Below are positions 1-12,900 of a stretch of DNA of 64,000 nt, in pieces. The translations under genes and the position numbers were made by a program. Origin of the DNA: Bugula neritina (Eukaryota; Animalia; Bryozoa); assembly GCA_964035545.1 (NCBI GenBank), contig OZ037765.1:14270698-14334697 (forward strand), read 5' to 3'. The notes beneath the pieces are model-generated. The model saw only the letters and a list, made by a program, of their open reading frames with translations. It made no database searches and had not been told where the DNA came from. Numbering within the stretch: the stretch's first letter is position 1; every line of letters begins with the position of its first letter.

Positions 1-3000
1 GAGGGTGTTTGTATTCCACGAAGTACTCTATATCAGCATTATATAGAGTTCTGTGAAAGTCATGAGCTAAACCCTGTAAATGCTGCCAGCTTTGGAAAGG
101 CAAGTTAGCAAAGTTATTAATATTCTATTATATACTTAAATTATTTTAATTTTTTTATTTTTAAAGCATCTTTCTAAAAACTTGCCATTGCAACTTCGAA
201 ATTTATACCTTCTACTTTTTTATTTCACCAGCATTAATATTGCTGGCTTACTACAATATATTTGTATCAACTAATCTTCTAGTGCTTGTAATTAAATATA
301 TGGCTACAGAACACTCTAACTACTGACATATGATCTTTTAGATTATTAGGCAGCAGTTTCCACAGATTACTACAAGAAGACTGGGCACCCGAGGTCAGTC
401 CAAGTACCATTACTACGGTATTGGTGTGAAAGAGCAATCACAATACTATGATCTGGTGTACTCTAAGGCTGGTTTGCAATGGTAATATATATAACCTTAT
501 TTAGCGATTCTTGCAGTCTTTTCTATCTTCCATCCACTACATATGCACATTCGCTTATAGAACTATATACTGTAGGTTTTTTCAGCAAATAGATACAACT
601 CTATGCATGGCAATATATATACTTAAAAGTGGCATCCATAGTAATAGGTAATTTGCAATTTGCATATATTTTATAAACAAAATGTGTGAACTTATTTTGA
701 AGCAGTGATAATGCAAATAGATAGGTGAGAGTACAAGTAGATACATGTATATTAACATAAAGTGGTTTCTAGTATAGAATAAAATATCACGTTGATTTTA
801 CAATCCTGTTCAATGTTTTGCTACAAAGACTATCTCATAGTTCATGTCATGGCAGTCACAGTAACCTGTGAATTCTAATCAGGAAACTGAGCAAAGTTTA
901 TTGCTGATCAAATTTCAACCTCTGGCTCTGGAGACTGAAATTGTCAAAATTGCTGGTCCTGAAAATCAAAGTCGCATGTTTGAACTACATAAATGACACT
1001 TATTAGCAATTGATTATGTGTATGAGTATAACAGAATACAAACTTGACTATGAATGCAGTTGTACTATCTACCTGTTATGTTCACATTAATCTGCTTTAC
1101 ATTCTTAATCTGATAGAGCTTATTGTTCATATTCTCTAGTTCAAATGCTACTAAAAAGGAAACACCAAAGCAGACACCAGTGCAGGCATATTCTCCTAGA
1201 AGTAAGATGGGTACATTATTACCAGACTTCCCAAACATTGATGAGCTGAAACTTCCAAAGGAAATAGAATCTGATAAGGTTGCATGTCATATTCTTATCT
1301 ATTGTTTTTGTTCACACGAATAATCCCATGTGCTCTAGTAGTACGAGTATAAAAAACTCATAGCCACAATTCATGTGAGAACTTTGGTGATGAGAAGTTT
1401 TACCAAAGTTATATGTTTTGTGCCAAGCCATGCTGGTAATATGGTTTCAGTGGTTATGCTATATGGCTCAGGAACAATAGTTGTGACCGAATGATGTCTA
1501 TAGTCCTGCTGACTCAACATGTATGAGTCACGTTTGACAGCTTCTCTAACTGAGGAAATATTGCAGTTCTTTTTTTGGCAGCAACAGTGCATAACCCGTG
1601 TGTTATATTGTTCCATCTTATTGTACACTTTATACCTTTTAGTCAAAAATAGTTCACTTACTCTATAACCCAATCATTTTTTTCTATTATTCATAAAACT
1701 ATTTTATATTTACAACATCTGTAAGTCTAGAGTAATATTGGCATATTTATCACTCATGGTGTGATAACAAAGCCTAAAGCTCACTCAAGCATGGTCAGAC
1801 TTAAAAATGTTTAACAAGTTTCTAACTATTAGAGGTTATAGCTTTTATTAAATCTATAGTTTACAATATTCTTATCAAGCAGGCTATTTATAGCTTCCTG
1901 TTTTTGCATTCTATGCGAATATTCATCTGAGCTAGCTGGTAACAGTTATACTTGATCTGCGTTTCTTAGCCTGTGAGTTGACATAATTGATTGTGGAAAC
2001 TTGAGGCTTGCTAGTAACTCAGGCTATTTTATTAACTAGGTTTGTTAGTGTTGACAAACCTGTTGACTCATCATTTAAATTCAGAGGTTTCTCTTCAATT
2101 ACAATTTTATAAAAACAAAATGGAAGACGTTTCATAACTTCTATATTTACTATGTTTCAGAGCAATTTCTTCATCATCCCATAATTATTCATCGTATAAC
2201 ATAAGTCTTTACTTTGGCCATTTTCGTCTTGCATGTAGTTAATAATTATGCATATTCTTACTCAGTGAGTTATGAGCACTTGTCATTAACAAGAAAATTT
2301 ACTTTTTCACTTTTGCACTTTGCATTACAATAGAATATATCATAAGGGACTTGCATACTATCAAATCTGTGTTTGCAAGGTGCGTCATAAATAATTTACA
2401 ATAACCTACCGTAAAGTGTTTCACTGGCATTCAGTTTTCTGGTTTAATTTCTAATCTATATGGTGTGGTCATCCTTAATAGGTTTTTTCTTCTATATCAT
2501 TATTATTATTATTAATCTCGTTGAGGCTGTAGTTATGTTGATGATGAAACTTCATATTGTAGCTTCTAACCTTTGTCATGATGTACAGAACACATTGTCA
2601 AAGGATACTAGATACAGTAATAAGAGCCAATTTTGATGAGGTAAATACTAACTAGTATATAGAGTCTTAGCCTATACCTGATAATGCAGGCAAGCTTTGT
2701 TTTCATACACGTTTTTTTTAACAAATTATGATGCAAGGCTGTTTTGCACTTGCTGTGTTATAACAACATGCTTATTCAGCTACGTAACAGTAATATTTTA
2801 GTGTTGCTTACCGTATATGTGTTCCATGGCTCTCGGCAATCTCTGCTTGCGTTGTTTGGTAATACAAAAACATGTTATGTTTGCTGCAGGTACAGAATTT
2901 TCTACTTCATTTCTGGCAAGGTATGCCAAGTCACATGACAGCTATACTTGGTGCTAGTCAGATAGTTGGTATGGTGGCGGTGTGTGACACTATATTATAC

Positions 3001-6000
3001 AAAGCTATATGTAGTGTGCTAATGCCACACGTACTCCAACCTCTTCCAGAAAGGTAGACATCCTTTCTCCTAAAACATCTATTAATCATTTACACCATTG
3101 TTTTGTTCACGTGGTGTATAATCAGTTATTCAAACTGCTCTTCAAAAGTGACATGAGAATAATGAAAATAATAAAAAAATAAATATTGTCATAACTAACT
3201 CCATATGCTGAAAAATTAGATAAAACTAAAATATATTTAAGAATCTGCTGTAAACCATACATGTACTCTTCTCTAAAAACTGTCCGAACCTCTTAAAAAG
3301 GTAGCCCTAAATTCTAGGCTAATTGTAACTTACATGGGCTAAGTAAAACAGTTGGATTTGAAATTATAAAATAGCAATATTATCAGTTAAGTTTAACTAA
3401 TGATGCTGAATACTGTTAGATTAAACCGTAAAATTATGTGCAGTAGTTAATGCCTTTCTAATTCTGCAAACTTACTTTTGATGCCCTCTGAAAGTTTGGT
3501 AAACTGCCTAGGAGCAAGTATTCCGCATATTCAGATATCAGTAGTAAACATTGCAACTGGCTTGTCAATTATATATAAATGTACTTTTTCCTTAGTTTAG
3601 GTTTAGGTCTAAAGTACAGCCTTTCTAATTAGCAGACAAATAACTTCTCATGTTGTAATATCTGTTAAAACCCAGGTTTTGTCTCAAAATGCAACAGCTA
3701 TACACCACTGTTTGGAGACGCTCTGCATTCTAGATATTCTAACTCGCATTTCCTTGATTGTAGTTTGACAATGGTTATAAAGAAGTTTGCAAAACAGCTG
3801 GAAGAATGGATAGCAATTGCTTTGAATGATCTGCCAGATAGCCTCCGACAGATGAAACTTAACAGTAAGTATTATCTTCAGCCATAGAGACATGCTGTAA
3901 TGTCAACAGTTAGAAACCTGGAAATGATAAACAACACTGAACACATGGATTATAAACAGCTTAAAATAACATAGAGCAATAGTGATTGGTCAATCCAACA
4001 TCTTAAGAATGTCCACCATTATGAATACAAGTTGAGCCAGATGTTGTGGGCTTGGGAATTCTAGTATTTTGTCTATAGTATCCACTTAGATACAGCAGCA
4101 CTCTAAATTATATTTCGTACTGCAATACACTAGTAATGAGCATGTTGACGATATGCATGACATGCATTGCGGTTATACACGTACAGTTCTTTACACTCAT
4201 TCTGAAAAAATCATAATTGGATTTAAAATGAGGTACAAACTGTAAGGAAGTGTGATTGCAAAAAAGTTTTTCCTTTTTATTTTTAAGCATCTCTGTGTAT
4301 CTAACAGTTGAATAGAAATAATGTTTTACAAGAAATTTACTGTTCGATTTTCCTCCCTTTTCCAACTTTTAAAGTTTAACCTATACATTGTATTAACCTA
4401 ATAGACGAAGGCTAAATAAAGGTGTATCATATAAAATAATACATTTCGAGAAAGGTTGGCTGCTAAAACACAAGTTAATCTAAACATCAAAAAAGGAAAA
4501 AATGCTTCTACAAAAAGCAAATATTATACTTTAATTCCATTTAAAGATTATTTTTTTAATCTTATCAAGTATTGAAAAATTATTTTTTATAATTTAAGAT
4601 CTTTCTAGAGGGAAATCTGAGGGCATTCAACTTTGTTTAAAATCATTTAAATTATGGTACATGAGTTTTGTGATTGGAAGGTGCCTTGATTGTCTTTTCA
4701 AGTTTACATAGTCTGATTGTACTCACATTGCAAATACTTTTATAGCACATTGTTAATTATTGATAACTAACCGTTATAATTATTATTTCAACGCAGTGGC
4801 AAAGAAATTCTCTCGCATACTCCGTCTGCAAATGTCACTAAACCACCTGTGCCAGGCGTCACGTAGTGTCGTGAGCAGTTCTGATGTCATGTCACAAATG
4901 TTGGACGATTGGCAAGCTATTGATCGAAAGAATATTATAAAGCAAACTCGCCTTACACTTTGCCATAAAGATATGGTTGCAGAGTTGGACAAGATAAATC
5001 AATGTATGTATGCCATATGCATATGATTCACTAGCAGGTCTACACATAGGCATACAATGCATTACTCTTGTATATTATTACAGAAATATTTTTTCGTTTT
5101 CATGATAAATCTTCACATTCAGTTTCTGATTTTTGAAGTGCAATAATTATTAATAATATAGTATGTGCATGTACACACAACACGCACGTGTGTATTGTAT
5201 TGTCCAACAATAAAGTTTCTACCCGCCACTTTTTAGTTTATGATGAGTTTGAACAACTACTCCATGACTCTGTGTCAATAGAATTGTTTGTCGAATGGCT
5301 GGATAAGATCATAGATGAAATTATTGTCAAGGTAGTGCCCCCTACATATTACATTATGTATTATAAACAAACACTTAAAATTTTACTCTACATCTACAAC
5401 TACTATACATATGCTAACGAGAGCATATACATTTTATAGCCTAATTTATAAAGGTGTTGTTCCCTGTCTGTATTAATGATTTTTTCATATAAATCCTGAT
5501 AAAAGGACATTTTGAATGATTTATATGTTTCTAGACTTTTGCCAACTACAGTATTAGTGGTTATATATGCCTTAGTAAAATATGCCATAAGATTCTGTTT
5601 GTGTAAGTACATGTACTTAATGCTGTAGACTTGTGATAAAACAACTGGAAGTATCAAAAGAAAGTCAAGGAACTTCCTGTTAGTGTGGTCAGCCTTCAGT
5701 ACCAAAATAATCCGAGACATGACACTGCACAGTGCACCCAGTTTTGGTGAGTTTCAATGTCGTTATGTCAGCATATTTCAGCCATCCCTGTTGGAATTGT
5801 TCAGAAATAGCTGCCATATGCTTTAGAATCTAGAGTCTAGACTCTAGACCTATAGACAATATCATGAAATAGAAAAACTTTGGAAATCTTAGACCTTTTT
5901 AAAAACTGCAGGTTACTCACTTGTTGTTGAAAAGCTAAAGGAAAGTTTACTTACATAATACTTTACAAGATTGAAAGCTTGTAAAACAGTTCAACACTAC

Positions 6001-8917
6001 TCTGCATTAATATAATGAAAATGCACAGCCGACCTGACAATAATCTAATGTTGATGACTAAAACATATTTAGTATTTTAAAGAAGTTTAAGAATGAAAAG
6101 CAATGGCCTAATGCATGTTATAGATATATAATTGAAATCAATTTTCTTTTACAGGATCCTTTCACCTATTACATCTCATGTTTGATGACTACATTCTGTA
6201 CCAACTTGAACACATGTGTTGCACCGAGCTATCAGACGAAATACTTTCAGAAATAAAAAGATCTCCAGAATCGTCATGTGCCATCACTAAAACTTGTAGC
6301 ACAACAAGTGATCAGCAGAAAGCAGCAACTGGACAAGAGCAGCTTCAGAACACTCTTTCTCAGTGCACAACAGCCACCTCAGGTCAGTTTCATCTAAACG
6401 TTTTGCATATGCAATAACTAAGATGAATAGGTCATGTATATTTACAGTAAGATTTGTAGGGTTAAAGCCTGATGATATGTCCACAAATACTTAACTCTAT
6501 TAGCAACACTTGATCTTAGTTTTTGATCAGTCAACTGAAAGAGTGCAGAGATTATCTAATAATCAAACATTACCAACCGTAAGAAAAGTATCGTTCATAT
6601 TCTGAGCAGATGATACACCTATTTTGTGTATACAATATGTTAGTATGCAATTATATAGACTCTGCCCCAATCACCATACAGCATCATGAAGAAGAGCAGC
6701 GGCCGCAAACACAGACAGAGTTTATGACCTCCTCTCATGTAGAACTGTTGAGTCACTTCACCAACACAGTGAGAAAGGAGAGGATGGAAGAGCAGAATAG
6801 AAGTGATGGGAACATTACCTTGTCTCAGCCTATCACAACCTCTTTAGCCAAGTTAGCATCTGCTAGCTGTGCTAATACTTCTTCAGTACACTCAACACAA
6901 ATACCCTCACAGTATGTACTCTTATTATATAAATTTCATCTTGTGCAGTAAACCATAGTTGGTTAATTGTTGGAACCAAAACTTGGGTAAACAAGATGTC
7001 ATTTCGCTAGCCTCAACAAATTTATTTAATATTTTCAGTCATACACGTTTTAACAAGTCTAGTGGACTTTTCTTCCAACAATACTTTGCATAAACACTCA
7101 AAAATGTATAGCAGTATTGCCCTCAGTGTACATTATAATGGAGATAAATATGAAGGACCTTTCTGTGAAACTTTATTTCCGCTCAGCTGGTTTCCTAGGA
7201 GAAGATTTTAGATGAGCAAGAATGTTACTATTGGCAATGGTTCATTATTAGCTCAATCATTTATTAAAATATACCGAGATGTGTCATCAATCAGCTTACA
7301 GTTACAAGATCAGAATATTAACAATAAATGTACACCTACTGGCTATTTGTATCACATGTGTGGCAACATGTTAAAGTTGAATAGCAATTTCTCGAAATAT
7401 TGTTCTTATTAAATGGAACTGTGCTGGGAATTATCTTTATTATTCAATTCATATTTAATATAATAGTTTGAGTAATTCTGCTTATATAACAAATTAAACA
7501 ATAGGACTTCAGTGTAGTTGTATATTAAACATATATGCAATATGTTTTATTAATCTACTTAATTCCTGCTAAACATAGGCATATATTATCAACTGGAATT
7601 TAAGATAAATTTCCTCAACTGAGTAATATATGTTGCTAACTAATTGTAATTGCAATTACTTAAACTAATAAATTTTACATATTTATAAAAATATAAATGA
7701 TTTGTCAATTACGGAATCTATCACAGCTTTTGAAAATATTTTTAGATGCTATTTCTCATTTTAGTTCTCATAATAATGAGCTATCTGTTTCTGGTACTGG
7801 GACCCATATGGGAGCCCACCATGTGTCTACTGAACACAATAACGGCTACCAGGTGAATACAACTTACTTTGTGACCATAGAAGTTCACCCTGTAATAACT
7901 ATCAATGTGCAATTTGAACTGCCAATCTTTAGTATGATATATGACTCATAAAATTATGGCATACGACTCATTTCCTTCACTGGTTGAGACTTGAGAGGCT
8001 TGGTATACTATACCACAATGTTTTATTGAGTAATGTTGGCAAAGTAAATGCAATACATTTGTAGAACAGTGTTTTTTAACTTATATGGTTACAGAAATAG
8101 CACCACACTATTTACCCTTAGTTTGTTACCACTGATATCTGTGTTTAATTTGCATATATCACTCAGTAGACATGACGCATCTACTCAAGATAACATTGCA
8201 GTGTTATTGTATTACAGAGCAGCAGCATTGCGTATTATATGAATGATTTGGGTAATACTGATGCTTCATGGAGGCTCCAAGACTCCATACCACCGCCGCC
8301 ATTACAATATCATGGGGAAACTTATAATATGTAAACCTCCATACGATATTTACTATATTTACATGCACTGTTATTGAAATAGTAGTTGCAGCAAGTGTTA
8401 TAGTGTAAAATTGAAATCAACAATCAACAAGGATTAAAAGTGTTTTTTTTTCATTATTTAATAACTTGCAATTTTATTTGATCATGATGTTACAAGTAAA
8501 CCTATATTAATTGCATTTTTCTTATTTTGATGTGTATGGAAAGCACAAGGACTACAACTTTATTCTACATGTTTCAGGCAAACCGAGCCATCTAACCCAG
8601 ACATATTGTATTATGCTGTCAACAGTCTAAATCTGCTACCAGAAACAGTGACAACCCAATGCACTCCTAGCACTACTGCAACTACCACAGATTCTCAGAA
8701 CTCACGAGTCACTTTTGACCCCGAAGAAGTGCAGCAGGCACTGGAAAGAAGTTTTCAGCCATTCACACAGCACCTCCAGTACGTTGAAAATGCTGCCGAC
8801 AAAGAGGCCACAAAACGAGCGGCCTGCTCCGAGCATGCAGACCCGAGTTTGTCCAAGCGGTTCCGGCCTGATGATGGCAGCACAATCGGCGTTAAAGATA
8901 ATTATGTAATAGTTTGA
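1..8917 (+). CDS. RFX4: RFX4-type winged-helix transcription factor (5'-truncated by window edge; 14 coding exons in window)
   Basis: Phase-consistent exons: 1-99, 342-481, 1140-1278, 2563-2640, 2890-3053, 3764-3864, 4797-5003, 5237-5331, 5629-5746, 6155-6382, 6659-6911, 7765-7852, 8218-8330, 8578-8917 (TGA). The DNA-binding domain reads [14 protein letters not shown]...NAASFGK|[27 protein letters not shown]. Downstream motifs [50 protein letters not shown] and [25 protein letters not shown] match the RFX4 subfamily as recalled. The last 4 exons are low-conservation and less certain. Confidence 0.93.
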
Positions 8918-9441
8918 AAAATTTAAAAACATTTGTATAATCAAAATAGAAGATATTAGATCGGATGTGCAACATCATTTAGACAAATAGAATGCATTAA
9001 AGAGTTACAGTTGGCTACAATGGACTTCAATAATACCTTTGGCAATTCCATGCTTTTGTTCTATAACATAGTATGTGTAATTGGAGATATAATGCAATTT
9101 TCAGACACACTAGCAAAATCATGCAGCATGCTTGCATAATACTCGTATGTTGTTACAAATCAGTATATCAAAACTTTACTGAACAGATCTCTATCCATCA
9201 ACTTGGAAATCATTAGATAATACTACATTTTGAATTTCTGTTTTACATTTATAAGGTTTTATGCTTTCCCAAATATTAATGTTGTTTCTAAATAATTTAT
9301 TATGTACATATATGGTTGAATATGCATGTAAGTTTTCAAAAGCTTCGATTAGTATTTTATATAAATATTATTTTTACACATGTATTCTTTTTTATTTTGC
9401 ACATATTGCAATAAAACAATAATACAACATTAACATTGTTT

Positions 9442-9558
9442 ATGTATAATATATGTGTACATGTATAACGTATGTGTACATGTATAACGTATGTGCACAT
9501 GTATAACGTATGTGTACATGTATAACGTATGTGCACATGTATAACGTATGTGCACATG
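9442..9558. repeat. 19-bp minisatellite (ATGTATAACGTATGTGYAC), about 6 copies, between the converging RFX4 and PDE9 3' ends
   Basis: Units start at 9442, 9461, 9480, 9499, 9518 and 9537. Confidence 0.9.
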
Positions 9559-9959
9559 CTGTATCCTACTTCCAACATGTGCATCATGTCTTTTGAAATG
9601 TTTTTTTAAATGTTTTCACAAGCCTAGATACATAAAATGAATGAGGTATACAAAATATTTTAGGAAAGCCATGAACAAAATTTAGTAAATGTCTCAATGA
9701 GGTAAAACACTTTTTTTCAGAAAATTTAAATTGAGCTACAAATACAGTTGAAGCATAAGAAAGTGCTCAAGTTGATATGCAATGCGACAAAAAAAATTTA
9801 AAACAACACTTTAGAAAAAAACATAGTTTTGAACAACAAAAAGATATTCCAGTCAATTTTCAATTCAATTTTGTAAATTTATCAACATGAATTAGGTAAC
9901 ATACATGTTTAGTCCTTATATATCGACATCAGATTGCTTCTGAGTTGAAAAGTTATTTA

Positions 9960-12900
9960 TTAAGTCGGTTGTTTTGCCCTAATCTCATCATCCTGCTCTT
10001 TCAATTTCTCCCAGTGATCTCTAGCATTTCTCAACGGTATCACCATGACATCATGCAATTGAGGGAAAAGCTGTAATATTATAAGTAAAAAGTTATACAC
10101 AAACATGAGTAACTTGAAAGTTGTCCATTCTTTTTTCATGTAAGCACGAAAAGACAACTTTTACGGTATATGCCAAGTTCATGCATGACTCTAAAAGTTA
10201 GAAATATGTACCAAACACAATTTTTAAAAACCAAATTGCAAAACCTTAAAGCTTAATTATGTATGCAAGCAATTTTACATAAATGCATATAATTATTTGT
10301 ATTTAATGATTTATTTTTAAAATTTTCATCATGATTTATAAGCATTAAGCCACAGCTCCCATATAATCAAAATACTTTCATAAGTCTATACACAAAGCCA
10401 ATGTAGGGTGTATTACATTCTAGGATATGATGTGCTAAGGAATAGGTAGTAGATATCATTGAACTAGTTCTCACCAGAGCTACTTGTTCGAACATGGGTA
10501 GCAGCACGAACTTGATGAAACCAATCTGCGCGGTAGGTTTAGTCACTTTATCTCTGTCCATAAATGCAGCAACAGGTAAACCTTCCTCTTTCTCTTTATC
10601 TGACTGCAACATACACAGTAGAGTTTTATATCAGATATTGCATAACCTATCATCAATTAGTGCATTATTAAGCCTATAAATTTAAGACACCTAAAATATT
10701 GGACAAATGTAAAATATCTGAACATATAATACAGCAGCTGCAAATAAAACTTTATTCAAGAGGCAGTTAGTAAAGCAATCAATTAGCTTTGTAAAATCTC
10801 TCTAAGTGTTACACAGTTGAGAATTAAAACGATAATTTTGAAATTAATTAACAACAAAGTCATGTTACTTTGTGTTGTAAAAGTCATAAAAACAATGCAG
10901 GACTATTTAGTAAGAGCGAGCCCATACATAGATGACTAAAAAATGCATACACTGAATCAAAATATGTAATCATAACTGAATTTTTAATTTACTAAATATC
11001 TCAAAAATTATATTGAATAGTCTCAAGCTTTTCTTTCTATAAGACATTAAATTTTAGTTTAACATAACTATTTGCTATAAACCTTATGTTGTATGAAGGA
11101 TAATATAATTTTGGACTCACTATCTATCATTTCTATACATGCTATTTTTCTGGTCTACTCTAAAGATATATAAATTGTGATGTTATTACAGTCCAGTAGT
11201 TACTATAGAGAAATACTACTACTAGCACCAGCATAGTAACAGCACCTTTACAGTAATTATATTATCAACTCAACATCCCAGAAGCCTTTGTCACCAATAG
11301 CCAACACTCATACATATTAGCCATTCTTGTTTCCTCACATGTACCAGTAGATTCTATAAAACCTGTAAATGTGAACTTCAGTCAGGAGCAAAAACTTCTA
11401 TAGAGTTGCTTACAATCCCAATGAGTAACTCACTTGGTTGAAATATTCTTCAAGGAGACAGTCTAGCCATGGTTCGCTTATCTCCATCGGCCGCACCTCG
11501 TTTGATATGTCACAGCATTTAATCAAAACCATCTTAAGCTGCAACACACTAATAACATTAAAAATATTTCAAGTATTAAAAAGTTTTAAAATGTCACAAA
11601 AGACACGGATTGTGACTAACTGCTACAGCTGTAGGGGCAAATCGTATAGTAATCGAGTGTGTAGTAATGCAGTGTGTAGTAATATAGTGTGTAGTAATAC
11701 AATGTACAGTAATACAGTGTACAGTAATATAGTGTATAGTAATATAGCATATAGTAATATAATGCATAGTAATACAGTGTACAGTAATACAGTGTACATG
11801 CAGTAATATAGTGTATAGTAATATAGTGTATAGTAATATAGTGTATAGTAATATAGTGCATAGTAATATAGCGTATAGTAACATAGTGTATAGTAATACA
11901 GTGTACAGTAATACAGTGTACAGTAATATAGCGTATAGTAATACAGTGTAGAGTAATATAGTGTATAGTAATATAGTGTATAGTAATACAGTGTATAGTA
12001 ATATAGCGTATAGTAATATAGTGTATAGTAACTTAACCTGTAAATATCAGAGTAGTATGTTAATATAATTAAATTGTACACTTGAATTTTATGAAAAGAA
12101 ACAAAACAGGTAAATTTAATAGCAGACTACAATATTAACTCATAAGTTTCACTATAAAATTATCATAGAAAGTATCACAGTCAGAACTGCTAGATAGAAT
12201 ATTACAGTAAGATACTGACCACAACCATTACAATAAGATGCACTACGATTCAAGAATCATAACTACGGTAGCTATAACCTTAAATATAACTGAAGGCTTA
12301 GACCTAAAGTCAACCAATTTCTGTTGTCAGATACTAGGTGAAATTCGTTTGCAGCTAAAATAAACACTTTAGAGCTGCAGCATGACCAAAATGAATGTAA
12401 ATGAAACAACATAATTAAAGTTTTAAAAGGCGAATCATAACTAAATATTACCGCCATTAAGTCATCATCATTGCAGAAATTGAAATTTTCTCGTTTTCCT
12501 TTAAAAATGTCCATGATTTCAGAATGCCGTGCCATATCAGTTGCTAGTATCAAAGTTATAATTCCCTGTTGGTCAACAACAAAAAGTAAAATAATAAGTC
12601 ACACAGAGAAAACCATTAAGAAGTGTTCAGTATTCTGCATAATAGCTCTTGTTCCAACACTTGTTTCTTTTGTTAACTAGTGTGATGAAGATTCAAAGTT
12701 GAATAATACTGAACACTTCTTTTTGGTGTTTGGGGTACTGACAACTAGCAGATCCTACCGAGATTAAATGCTCTTCATTAGACAGTTTAAAGCCATTGTT
12801 TTTACAATTAGCTTTGAAAACCTCCAAGATTTCTCCATGCCTTGCCATATCAGTAGCTAATATCAGAGATGTCATGCCCTGTTTAGCATAGAAAGTGTTA

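Noticed and set aside
181-194. X-box-like CTTGCCATTGCAAC in the RFX4 intron, plus half-sites near 19290 and 21130
   Set aside because: Both half-sites are degenerate, and such matches are expected by chance in 64 kb.
9442-9558. Short repeat arrays as possible CRISPR
   Set aside because: There are no unique spacers or cas genes, and the context is eukaryotic.
11594-12081. Tyr-rich and Leu-rich ORFs (YYYTL, LLYTI, HYITI repeats)
   Set aside because: They are translations of a 15-bp intronic minisatellite that is open in several frames.
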